This document shows, one piece after another, positions 9,774-18,607 of a stretch of DNA of 45,035 bases. Position 1 is the stretch's first letter; every line of letters begins with the position of its first letter. The stretch covers positions 1-45,035 of the forward strand of contig JALWAP010000026.1 of the NCBI GenBank assembly GCA_027016315.1, read 5' to 3'. Both the position numbers and the translations under genes were made by a program. This DNA comes from Anaerolineae bacterium (GTDB lineage: Bacteria; Chloroflexota; Anaerolineae; S016-19). The notes below the pieces were generated by a model that was given only the letters and a program-made list of their open reading frames with translations, was not told the DNA's origin and searched no databases.

Positions 9774-11246
9774 ATGTCTTCCTCGAAATCGGCTTTGAAC
9801 CACCTCCCCCGTCGGTTCCGCAAAGAGGCGGTGCTCGTGATTTTCTTGCTGATCGGGTGGGCTTTGAGGGCCTGGGATTGGAACGCTTTTCCGTATCATC
9901 CGGACGAGGCACTCTACGGTTACTGGGCCCGCCTGATCGCCAGCGGCAGGGATCCATGGCTCTTCAGCGTGTACGTGGACAAGCCGCCGCTTTTCATTTA
10001 CGCTCTGGCGGGGGCTTTCAAGCTACTGGGGGTGAGTGAAGCGTCGGCTCGGGTGTTGAACGTTTTCGCCAGTTTCGCGCTCTTGCCGGTTCTGTGGGCA
10101 TTGTTTCGCCGGTGGTTCGACGATACCGTTGCTCTGGCAGCGGTGGTCGTACTTGCGCTGGCTCCATTTGAATTCCTCTTTGCTCCTACAGCGCTCACAG
10201 ACCCGTTCCTTGCGCTGTGGGTTTTTGCTTCTCTTCTGGGTGTCGCTTCGGGGAATTTCTTCGCCGGGGGGCTGGCCGGGGGGCTGGCCTACGCAAGCAA
10301 GCAACAGAGCGTCCTGTTCATCCCGATAGCGCTGTTTGCCATGTTGAAACAGGCCTCCCGCCCGAAAGACTGGCTCGAATTCGTCGCAGGCCTGGGCATC
10401 CCATTTGCCCTGGTGACCTGGTGGGATTCGCTGCGGTGGGCTTTCAGGCCGAGCTTTTGGGACAGGAGCATTGTCACCTATGGTGGGATCTATCTGGAGC
10501 CGGTAGCCAGGTGGGGGAGGAAAGCAATCGAGCTCGGCAGGCTGCTTGGGGATGCTTTCTCGATCTGGCCTGCGGCTGTCGTTGCGGTGGCGCTGCTTTT
10601 GTTCCTGCTGGGCAAGACCACGTCCAGGTGGCGGGGCTGGGATTTCGCTCTGGCATCCTTTTCGGTTGCGTACCTTCTCCTTCACATTGTGGTGAGTTTC
10701 CGCATTTGGGACAGGTACCTGCTGCCGCTCTATCCGCTGCTGGTTCTTTCTGCACTACGTGGGCTTCAGATGTTGGGACGCGATCGTCGGGGCAAGCAGG
10801 TGCGCAGGTTGCTTTTCCTTTTACTGGTTGTTTCCATTGCCGCCGGGATACCGTGGGCGATAGAGGGGAAGCTGCCGGTCGGAGGCGAACACAGGCTGCA
10901 CCAGGGGATAGCGAGCGCGGCCACATTTTTCGAAGAGGAGGCGCCGCCAGGTTCCGTGCTCTATCACCACTGGCTGGGATGGTACTGGGATTATTACCTT
11001 TTCGATGACCGTGTAGACCTCCGGTACTACTTCACCCCCGAGTACCTGGCCGAGAACAGCGAAAAAGTGCTTCCACAGCCTGCGTTCATCGTGATCCCGG
11101 CCTGGGAGACGAAGGAGAGGGCGCCGATAGAGGCTGCCCTGAAGTATCGGGGTTTGAAGCTCCGGCTTTTGAAGCGATTCTATCGAAGGGACGGAAGCCT
11201 TTCGTTTACCCTTTACGAAATCGTCAGACGGGAATCGGCATCCTGA
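9774..11246 (+). CDS. GT-C fold membrane glycosyltransferase (ArnT/PMT_2-like)
   Basis: HPDEALY acidic motif after TM1, DKPPL, many TM helices, RYLLP; follows a GT2 gene. Confidence 0.82.
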   Translation: MSSSKSALNHLPRRFRKEAVLVIFLLIGWALRAWDWNAFPYHPDEALYGYWARLIASGRDPWLFSVYVDKPPLFIYALAGAFKLLGVSEASARVLNVFASFALLPVLWALFRRWFDDTVALAAVVVLALAPFEFLFAPTALTDPFLALWVFASLLGVASGNFFAGGLAGGLAYASKQQSVLFIPIALFAMLKQASRPKDWLEFVAGLGIPFALVTWWDSLRWAFRPSFWDRSIVTYGGIYLEPVARWGRKAIELGRLLGDAFSIWPAAVVAVALLLFLLGKTTSRWRGWDFALASFSVAYLLLHIVVSFRIWDRYLLPLYPLLVLSALRGLQMLGRDRRGKQVRRLLFLLLVVSIAAGIPWAIEGKLPVGGEHRLHQGIASAATFFEEEAPPGSVLYHHWLGWYWDYYLFDDRVDLRYYFTPEYLAENSEKVLPQPAFIVIPAWETKERAPIEAALKYRGLKLRLLKRFYRRDGSLSFTLYEIVRRESAS

Positions 11247-11273
11247 AACTGCTTCCCCGGTCTTTGTCATTCT

Positions 11274-11452
11274 GAGTAACTCCACAGCGCGCGGTGCTGC
11301 TCAAACGGGAAGAAAACCTGTCGGGAGAGACCGAAAAAGAACGCTAGGACGCGAGGCTGCATAAGGCGCAAAGAATTTTGAAAGTCTTTGCGTCTCGATT
11401 GTCTTCGCGCCTTTGCGTTGACATAACGCCCCCACGGGTGTCTTCTTAGTAG
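11274..11452. repeat. ~175-bp palindromic MITE-like repeat, copy 1
   Basis: High identity to 11447-11622 and 17507-17688; imperfect terminal and internal inverted repeats. Confidence 0.88.
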
Positions 11453-11622
11453 TCCACAGCGCAATGCGCTACTCAAACGGGAAGAAAACCTGTCGGGAGA
11501 GACTGAAAGGGAACGCCAAGACGCGAGGCTGCATAAGGCGCAAAGAATTTTGAAAGTCTTTGCGTCTCGATTGTCTTCGCGCCTTTGCGTTGACATAACT
11601 CCCCCACGGGTGTTTTCTTAGT
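11447..11622. repeat. ~175-bp palindromic MITE-like repeat, copy 2 (tandem, period 172 bp)
   Basis: TCCACAGC recurs at 11281 and 11453; the long core GACGCGAGGCTGCATAAGG...GTTGACATAAC is shared. Confidence 0.88.
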
Positions 11623-11814
11623 GGGAGCGCAAGCGACGAAGAATCCTGACCAAACCACTACCGCCTCGACTCAGAACGGCGGCTATGACGTGTTCGCTAA
11701 ATGCCACGACCTTGCAGTTGCTCCTACTTTTCCCTGGTGGTACTATTTAGCCGCTGGAAACCATGTTTGCTCCTGGTGGAGAGCAAGGAAGATCGCTTAA
11801 TGAAGGAGGGATCG

Positions 11815-12666
11815 ATGGAGATCAAGAGGATAGGCGTGGTTGGTTGTGGTCAGATGGGGGCCGGCATCGTCGAAGTTGCTGCCAGGACCGGCTTTTTCGT
11901 GACCGTTCGTGAGATTAACGAGGACCTGCTTGCCCGGGGCCTGGAGAGGGTCAAAAAGTCCATGAGCAGGGCTGTCAGCCGGGGCAAGGTTACGGAGGAG
12001 GAAATGGAAGCGGCTATGGGCCGCATCCGCGGAACCGTGGACCTGGCCGAGTTGTCCGATAGCGATCTTGTCATCGAGGCCGCTGTCGAGAACATGAACC
12101 TCAAGAAGGAGATCTTCCAGAGCCTCGACGAACTGTGCGATCCGGAGACCATACTGGCTACCAACACTTCCTCGCTGAGTGTGACCGAGATCGCTGCGGT
12201 GACGAACAGACAGGGCAAGGTTCTCGGCATCCATTTCTTCAACCCCGTTCCTGTGATGAAGCTGGTAGAAATCGTTTCCACCATACTCACCGCTCCTGAG
12301 ACCGTGGCTACGGCGAGGGAAGTGGTGGAGAAAATGGGGAAGACGCCGATCATGGCGAACGATACGCCCGGTTTCATCGTCAACCGGCTTTTGGTTCCGT
12401 ACATCATCGACGCCATACGCGCTTACGAACAAGGCCTTGGCACGAAAGAGGACATCGATACCGGCATGAAGCTTGGAGCCGGTCATCCAATGGGTCCGCT
12501 GGAGCTGGCCGACTACATCGGCCTGGATACCATGCTTTACGTCGCCGAAATCATGTACGAGGAGTTCGGCGAGCCCAGGTTCGCTCCCCCTCCGTTGCTG
12601 AAACGGATGGTGGCCGCAGGGCACCTTGGCAGGAAGTCCGGGCAGGGGTTTTACGATTACAGATGA
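11815..12666 (+). CDS. hbd: 3-hydroxybutyryl-CoA (3-hydroxyacyl-CoA) dehydrogenase
   Basis: GVVGCGQMG Rossmann motif, IEAAVE, TNTSS, GIHFFNP, PGFIVNR, HPMGP..LAD.IGLD; AAGGAGG RBS. Confidence 0.92.
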   Translation: MEIKRIGVVGCGQMGAGIVEVAARTGFFVTVREINEDLLARGLERVKKSMSRAVSRGKVTEEEMEAAMGRIRGTVDLAELSDSDLVIEAAVENMNLKKEIFQSLDELCDPETILATNTSSLSVTEIAAVTNRQGKVLGIHFFNPVPVMKLVEIVSTILTAPETVATAREVVEKMGKTPIMANDTPGFIVNRLLVPYIIDAIRAYEQGLGTKEDIDTGMKLGAGHPMGPLELADYIGLDTMLYVAEIMYEEFGEPRFAPPPLLKRMVAAGHLGRKSGQGFYDYR

Positions 12667-12837
12667 GCTTGATCAGGGCGCCCTCCCGGCTGGAGCGAGC
12701 GCGCTGACATCACGGGCGCAGAGATTGTCAGGTCTTTGCGCCTTGTTTGCTTTGTGCACAGAAACTTCCAGCGCAGCGCCATTGGCCTCGAAGCGGACCG
12801 GCGGCTTGAGGTCGGCATCCCGCTGGAGTCCGGAATC

Positions 12838-12848
12838 TGTGCTATAAT
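12838..12848 (+). promoter_or_regulatory. Extended -10 promoter element upstream of the oxidoreductase genes
   Basis: TGTGCTATAAT 56 nt before ATG 12905; no clear -35. Confidence 0.5.
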
Positions 12849-12904
12849 TCACATGATCACGTCCCGCGGAGGTTGCGTGGACGATCCTAATTCGAGGTGG
12901 AAAG

Positions 12905-14047
12905 ATGCGTGAGTTCGTGGATGGAAATACCGCAATCGCGCGCGGAGCCTTGGATGCCGGGTGCAATTTCTACGCCGGTTATCCCATCACTCCGGCGACC
13001 CCAATTCTCCTCTACATGGCTCGAGAACTTCCAAAAGTCGGCGGAATTCTCATCCAGGGAGAGGACGAGATAGCCTCCATCGGCATGTGCATCGGCGCTT
13101 CGCTGGCTGGCGCCCGCCCCTTGACCGCCACCAGCGGCCCTGGGATCAGTCTTTACTCGGAGAACATCGGGCTTGCCATCATGGCCGAAGCGCCGATGGT
13201 CATCGTGGACGTGCAGAGGATGGGGCCTGCCACTGGGGCAGCCACCACCGGCGCTCAAGGCGACGTGCAGTTCGTCAGATGGGGTACCAGTGGCGGGTAT
13301 CCGATAGTCGCGCTGGCCCCCAGCACCGTCCCACAGTGTTACACGTTTACCATGAAGGCGTTCGACATAGCCGAAAGGCTGCGAACCCCGGTTTTCGTCC
13401 TTACCGACAAAGAGCTTTCTTCCGCTATGGCGACCGTGGAGCTCAAGGATTTCCGCAAAGCGGAGGTAGGCAGCAGACCGATGGCTCCTGCGGACGAGCC
13501 GTTCGTTCCCTACAGGTTCGAGACGCCCGAGAGCGTGCCAGCGTTTTCGCCATACGGAGGGCCGCACGTGGTCAGGTATACCACTTCGACCCATGACGAG
13601 TACGGGTATCTCACGAAAGACCCGGAGAAAGTGAACCGGCTCAACCAACACCTCTGGGCCAAGATCGAGGCGAGGCGGGACGAGCTCGAGATGGCGGACG
13701 TGGATCTGGACGAAGGGGCAAGAGTGCTTTTCGTCAGCTATGGGATAACTGCGCAGGCCATGTCGGAAGCGGTCGAGGAAGCGAGGAAATCTGGGGAGGA
13801 AGTATCGTCCTTGACTGTCTACTCCCTCTGGCCCGTGCCGGAGAAGGCCATCCTGGAGGCCGCCTCAGGCGTCGGGAAGATCGTGGTGGCGGAGCTGAAC
13901 CACGGGCAGTACCTGCGGGAAGTCGAGCGGGTGGTCTACCGGCATTCTGCAGAAGCAGGCGTCAAAGCGCCTAAGGTGGTCGGCTTGAACAAGGTCGACG
14001 GCACGTTGATCAGTCCTTCCGAATTTCTGCAGGCGATGGAGGCATGA
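12905..14047 (+). CDS. 2-oxoacid:ferredoxin oxidoreductase alpha subunit (KorA/VorA-like)
   Basis: GYPITP, EDEIAS, TATSGPG, DVQRMGPATG, transketolase-C-like tail (VAELNHGQY). Confidence 0.9.
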   Translation: MREFVDGNTAIARGALDAGCNFYAGYPITPATPILLYMARELPKVGGILIQGEDEIASIGMCIGASLAGARPLTATSGPGISLYSENIGLAIMAEAPMVIVDVQRMGPATGAATTGAQGDVQFVRWGTSGGYPIVALAPSTVPQCYTFTMKAFDIAERLRTPVFVLTDKELSSAMATVELKDFRKAEVGSRPMAPADEPFVPYRFETPESVPAFSPYGGPHVVRYTTSTHDEYGYLTKDPEKVNRLNQHLWAKIEARRDELEMADVDLDEGARVLFVSYGITAQAMSEAVEEARKSGEEVSSLTVYSLWPVPEKAILEAASGVGKIVVAELNHGQYLREVERVVYRHSAEAGVKAPKVVGLNKVDGTLISPSEFLQAMEA

Positions 14048-15369
14048 ACATGGAAGCCATCAAGAGCTACCGAAACGACAGGAAATATCCGTTTTGCCCC
14101 GGATGCGGGCACGCGATGATACTGAACGGGCTGAACGCTGCCTTGGTCAGGCTCCAGCTCGATCCGAAGAAAGTGGTGCTCGTCAGCGATATCGGCTGCA
14201 CCGGGCTGAGCGACCAGTATTTCGTCACCAGCGCCTTCCACGGCCTGCACGGTCGCTCGGTGACTTACGCCACCGGCATCAAGCTCGCGAGACCCGACCT
14301 GCACGTCGTCGTGCTCATCGGCGATGGAGGGGCTGGGATCGGCGGACATCACCTTCTGAACGCTGCCAGGAGGAACATCGGGGTTACGGTCCTGCTCTTC
14401 AACAATTTCAACTTCGGGATGACGGGCGGGGAGCATTCTGTGACCACGCCGCACGATGCCAAGACTTCGACCACACCGCTGGGGAACTACGAATTCCCCC
14501 TGGACGTGGCTTCCACCGTGACGGTGAACGGGGCGAATTTCGTCTGGCGTGGCACCGTGTTCGATCGAGACCTGGGCGACTGGATCGCGCAGGCGATCGT
14601 GCACCCTGGATTTTCCCTGCTGGACATCTGGGACATCTGCACCGCTTATTTCGCTCCGAACAACGGGCTGAACAAACGGACGATGGAAGAGCTTAGGCAG
14701 AAGCTCGGGTGGCCTGCCGGGCTGCTCCACAAAGGTGACCGCCCGGAGTACACTCAGGCGGCAATGGAGAAATGGGGCGCGATGAAGGGCCAGCCGCTGA
14801 GGAAGCCGCTGGCGCTGGAGCCCCGGTTCAAAGCGGCGATCGATCGTAAGTTCCACGTGGTGGTGGCCGGGTCGGCGGGAGGAAGGGTCAGGTCGTCGGC
14901 CAAGATCCTCAGCGTTGCAGGCATCCTTTCCGGGTTGTGGGCTTCGCAGCGTGACGATTACCCGGTCACGGTCAAGACCGGCCATTCGATCTCCGAAGTC
15001 ATCCTTGCCCCTGATCCGATCCGCTATACCGGCATTCCGAAACCGGACGTGCTCCTGCTTTTGTCGGAAGATGGGTACAAGAAAGGCGCGAAATACCTGC
15101 GCAGCATGACGGAAGAGAACTGGCTTTTCACCGTTCCGGCGTTTGCCGATGTGGAGACCAGCGCCCGCAAGGTGGTGTTGGACTTCGCCAGTGCGGGAAT
15201 TCGTGCACCTTCGAGGGAGCTTGCGCTTATGAGCATTGGAGCGATGGTCAAGCGTCTCGGCTTCCTGGAGGTGGATGCCCTGAAGGAGGCAATACGCAAG
15301 TCTCAACGTCCATCGATTGCGGAGGAGAACCTGAAGGTGCTGGAGAAGGGTCTTTCTCTGAAGCTGTGA
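14044..15369 (+). CDS. 2-oxoacid:ferredoxin oxidoreductase, fused beta (TPP-binding) plus gamma subunit
   Basis: CPGCGH, DIGC, HGR, GDG...NN TPP motif; C-terminal gamma domain AGSAGGRV, TGHSISEV, EENLKVL. Confidence 0.88.
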   Translation: MNMEAIKSYRNDRKYPFCPGCGHAMILNGLNAALVRLQLDPKKVVLVSDIGCTGLSDQYFVTSAFHGLHGRSVTYATGIKLARPDLHVVVLIGDGGAGIGGHHLLNAARRNIGVTVLLFNNFNFGMTGGEHSVTTPHDAKTSTTPLGNYEFPLDVASTVTVNGANFVWRGTVFDRDLGDWIAQAIVHPGFSLLDIWDICTAYFAPNNGLNKRTMEELRQKLGWPAGLLHKGDRPEYTQAAMEKWGAMKGQPLRKPLALEPRFKAAIDRKFHVVVAGSAGGRVRSSAKILSVAGILSGLWASQRDDYPVTVKTGHSISEVILAPDPIRYTGIPKPDVLLLLSEDGYKKGAKYLRSMTEENWLFTVPAFADVETSARKVVLDFASAGIRAPSRELALMSIGAMVKRLGFLEVDALKEAIRKSQRPSIAEENLKVLEKGLSLKL

Positions 15370-15379
15370 GAAGGCGTGC

Positions 15380-15406
15380 CTGCCCGGGGATAGCTCCCCC
15401 GGGCAG
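15380..15406 (+). terminator. GC-rich hairpin after the oxidoreductase genes
   Basis: CTGCCCGGGG...CCCCGGGCAG, no U tract. Confidence 0.45.
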
Positions 15407-15449
15407 CCGGATCACACTCCGTGCTGTTGGGCTGGGCTGGTGAGGTGGG

Positions 15450-15761
15450 GTGAGCACTTCAGTGATTGAATTACGAGTTGCGAGAGCCCAAAACGTGCAG
15501 GTAACTGACGATGAGCTGATTGTCGCCCTGGATGATGGGCGAACTATTGTGATGCCGTTGACCTGGTATCCGCGCTTGTTGCATGGGACAAAGGAAGAAC
15601 GGGAGAACTGGCGGTTGATTGGTGCAGGGGAAGGGATCCATTGGCCAGATTTGGATGAGGATATCAGCATTGAGCATCTGTTGGCGGGCGTTCCGTCTGG
15701 AGAAAGTCAAAGGTCGTTACAGAAGTGGCTTTCTGCACGGAGAAAGCAGCGTGCCGCGTGA
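15450..15761 (+). CDS. DUF2442 domain protein (putative antitoxin)
   Basis: L.DGR.I..PL.WYPRL..GT..ER.NWRLIG.GEGIHWPDLDEDIS signature. Confidence 0.88.
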   Translation: MSTSVIELRVARAQNVQVTDDELIVALDDGRTIVMPLTWYPRLLHGTKEERENWRLIGAGEGIHWPDLDEDISIEHLLAGVPSGESQRSLQKWLSARRKQRAA

Positions 15762-15792
15762 ATCGTTATTCAGCTAAAACTCGAGTACAGCA

Positions 15793-15861
15793 GGCACGGC
15801 GTTGCCATGGGCGGGCAGGGGAGTTCTTGCCCGTCGTGTTCATAAATGGCAACGCTGCGCC
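15793..15861. repeat. Long REP-like hairpin between convergent genes
   Basis: GGCACGGCGTTGCCAT pairs with ATGGCAACGCTGCGCC; inner GGGCGGGCAGGG pairs with TTCTTGCCCGTC. Confidence 0.55.
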
Positions 15862-15885
15862 ACTGACGCTATCGCCGGAGTGTGT

Positions 15886-17397
15886 TTAGGAAAGGTTTTC
15901 CAGGAACTTCACCAGCAACCGGACGCCGAACCCGGTCGCTCCCTTTGGCGTAAGCGGATTCGGCTTATCCGTCCACACGGGACCGGCGATGTCCAGGTGA
16001 GCCCACGGCAGGTCTTCGGCGAATTCCTGCAGGAATAACGCCGCTGTGATCGCGGAAGCCCACCTTCCGCCGCTGTTTTTCACGTCCGCGAAGTCGCTTT
16101 TTATCAGCTCTTTGTACTTCTCGTACATCGGCATCCGCCAAACCGGCTCCGAAACCGATTTCGACGCCTGAGTGATCGACTCTGCGAGCCCTTCTTCCTT
16201 TGTGAAAAGCCCGGCAATTTCCTTGCCCAATGCCACGACGCATCCGCCGGTGAGCGTCGCCAGGTCTATCACGGACTTTGGTTTGTAATTCCTGGAAGCG
16301 TACGAAAGCAGGTCGGCGAGCACCATTCGGCCTTCGGCATCTGTGCTGATCACCTCTATCGTCTTGCCGTTCATGGCTTTCACGACGTCTCCCGGCCGGT
16401 ATGCGTTTCCGTCCGGCATGTTGTACGTGGCCCCGACCAACCCGACCAGGTTCACCGGCAGGCCAAGGCGGGCTGCTGCTTCCAGCGTGCCGATCACCAC
16501 CGCAGCCCCGCCCATGTCGGTCTTCATCCTCCACATCTCTTGAGACGGCTTTATGGAAATGCCACCTGTGTCGAAAGTGATGCCCTTCCCCACCAGCACG
16601 ACCGGGGGCTCCGATCTCTCCGCACCCCGGTACTCGAGCACGATGAACTGCGGTGGATCGTAAGAGCCTTGGGCCACGGCAAGGAAAGCACCCATTCCCA
16701 TTTGCGCCATCTCTTCGCGGCTGTAAACCGTGGCGGACACGGTCTCGAATTTCTCGGCGATCTGCAGGGCCACGCCTGCGAGGTAGGATGGAGATGCAAC
16801 GTTTGGCGGCAGGTTCACCAGGTCTCTCGTCCTGTACACCCCCATGGCGACTGCTTCCGAAGCATGCATCGCTTCCTGGAGCGCAGGGATCTTGCCTCCG
16901 TCCAGTTCCACGATGGATACCGTTTTCAGTTCGCGTCGTTTCGAATCTTCCTTTGACTTCTTGTCCGCATCGAAGCGATACAGGCCCAGCAGGATTCCCT
17001 CGGCGGTCGCCGCTGCTGCCTCTGCGTAGTCCATCCCTCCGGCTCCACCGCCGTGGACTATAGTTGCCATCCTCTCGATTCTCAGATCGCGAGCCCTGGA
17101 AGCCGAGATGGCTGCTGCCTCGCGGACGGTCTGGAGGTCGAAATCTTCCCGCTTCCCGAGCCCCACGATCAGCACTCTCTTCGCCGGGATCGCATCCCGT
17201 GTGTAGAGGAGGGCGGTCTCCAGGCGCTTGCCCTGGAAATCCCCCACCCGAATGACCTCGGAGATCGCGCCATCGAGCGCTTTGTCCACGGCTCCGGTGG
17301 CTCCGGTCGGCGAGGATACTCCCTCGAACAAGTTGACGACTATCAAATCCGAATCCACTCGATCGATGCTACCTTGCACAGCTCGAATTTCGGTCAT
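15886..17397 (-). CDS. pepA: Leucyl aminopeptidase (M17)
   Basis: VGKGITFDTGG, MKTDMGG, STDAEGR, DLATLTG, WAHLDIAG, GATGFGVR. Confidence 0.95.
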   Translation of the reverse strand: MTEIRAVQGSIDRVDSDLIVVNLFEGVSSPTGATGAVDKALDGAISEVIRVGDFQGKRLETALLYTRDAIPAKRVLIVGLGKREDFDLQTVREAAAISASRARDLRIERMATIVHGGGAGGMDYAEAAAATAEGILLGLYRFDADKKSKEDSKRRELKTVSIVELDGGKIPALQEAMHASEAVAMGVYRTRDLVNLPPNVASPSYLAGVALQIAEKFETVSATVYSREEMAQMGMGAFLAVAQGSYDPPQFIVLEYRGAERSEPPVVLVGKGITFDTGGISIKPSQEMWRMKTDMGGAAVVIGTLEAAARLGLPVNLVGLVGATYNMPDGNAYRPGDVVKAMNGKTIEVISTDAEGRMVLADLLSYASRNYKPKSVIDLATLTGGCVVALGKEIAGLFTKEEGLAESITQASKSVSEPVWRMPMYEKYKELIKSDFADVKNSGGRWASAITAALFLQEFAEDLPWAHLDIAGPVWTDKPNPLTPKGATGFGVRLLVKFLENLS

Positions 17398-17506
17398 GTT
17401 ACCTCCTTTTCTGTTACGGTTAAGATCGGTACTTCGTGTTCTGAAAGAGCTTTTGCCAGGGTGCTCAACGGATCCCTGGATGCTGGTCGGGTACGCGCTT
17501 GCTTCC

Positions 17507-17688
17507 GAGTAGCTCCACAGCGCAATGCGCTACTCAAACGGGAAGAAAACCTGTCGGGATAGACTGAAAGGAACGCCAAGACGCAAAAGCTGCGTAAGGC
17601 ACAAAGAATCTCGAAAAGTCTTTGCGCCTCACTTGTCTTCACGCTTTTGCGTTGACATAACTCCACCACGGGTGTTTTCTTAGTAGCT
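17507..17688. repeat. ~175-bp palindromic MITE-like repeat, copy 3
   Basis: Same orientation and sequence as 11274-11622 with scattered substitutions; bounded by AGTAGCT at both ends. Confidence 0.88.
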
Positions 17689-17719
17689 GGTTTGTAACGC
17701 CGATTCCCTCCGGAGGTTT

Positions 17720-18607
17720 TCATTCTGGTTTGCGGAGCACGTAAAGTATCCACTCTTCGGCGTCGCTCAGGTCCAGGCCGCCCCAGGCTTTTTGCACGAA
17801 CTCGAGCTGGAGGCCGGTGGCCTTCGCCATCTTGTCGATCTCCGATGGCGTGTAAACCTGGTCGGCCAGGGTGTATTCGTCGGTCTTGCCGGTTGTCAGA
17901 TCGACGATGTAATACCGCTCGATGGATGCCTGCAGGTTTTCGTCCCAGTGGCGCTCGCCCAGGTGCAGGTATGGCGCATCTCCCCACAACCCGGTATCGT
18001 CCGTGAACCACCAGTTGCTTTCCCCACGATCCACTTTCTCCGGATCGAGCAGCTCGATGGCGAGCCTGCCGCCGGGCTTCAGCGCACCACCGAGTCGCTC
18101 CATCGCTTCGATGGCTCTTTCCCTGGGCATGACGGCAAACTGGCCGTAGAGGAGCAGGGAAGCATCGAAAGAATTCGCGGCCACGGCGGGCCGAAGCACG
18201 TCGGCCAGGTAGAACGCAACGTCGTTTCCCCGGCAGCGCTCGCTGGCGTAGTCGAGGGAAACGGGTGAGATGTCGAATCCGACGACGCTTATCCCCCGAC
18301 GGGCGAACATGCAGGCGTAGAGCCCGGGCCCGCACGTGGCGTCCAGTAGCCGGTCGCCCGGGGAGAGGTGTAAAGCCTCCATGAGGTACCCCACCTGCAG
18401 CTCGATTTCGTTCAGTGGGCGGGAAGCAGCGCCGTGGGTCTGGTCGAGGTGCAGTTGCAGCATCCTGCGGCCGAAATCCGGATCGCTCCAGGGGAAAGTC
18501 TCTCCGTCCACGAAAGGGGTCGGCGGCTGGCGGCGGCGGTATATCCGCCACAGCGACGCCCACAGGTTGCGACCCTTTTCGCAGGAAAAGCCTTCTGCTT
18601 GACTCAT
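17720..18607 (-). CDS. Class I SAM-dependent methyltransferase
   Basis: Motif I LLDATCGPG, GFDISP, LKPGGRL; start overlaps the upstream stop (ATGA). Confidence 0.88.
   Translation of the reverse strand: MSQAEGFSCEKGRNLWASLWRIYRRRQPPTPFVDGETFPWSDPDFGRRMLQLHLDQTHGAASRPLNEIELQVGYLMEALHLSPGDRLLDATCGPGLYACMFARRGISVVGFDISPVSLDYASERCRGNDVAFYLADVLRPAVAANSFDASLLLYGQFAVMPRERAIEAMERLGGALKPGGRLAIELLDPEKVDRGESNWWFTDDTGLWGDAPYLHLGERHWDENLQASIERYYIVDLTTGKTDEYTLADQVYTPSEIDKMAKATGLQLEFVQKAWGGLDLSDAEEWILYVLRKPE

Noticed and set aside
11590-11618. TTGACA in the repeat as a portable promoter
   Set aside because: No acceptable -10 hexamer at 16-18 bp in any copy.
11274-11622. Tandem repeats as a CRISPR array
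   Set aside because: Units are ~172 bp with no unique spacers, and no cas genes are present.
11267-11658. Short minus-strand ORFs (109 aa, 61 aa) with repeated LCALCSL-like peptides
   Set aside because: They are translations of the palindromic repeat, with no RBS or protein-like features.
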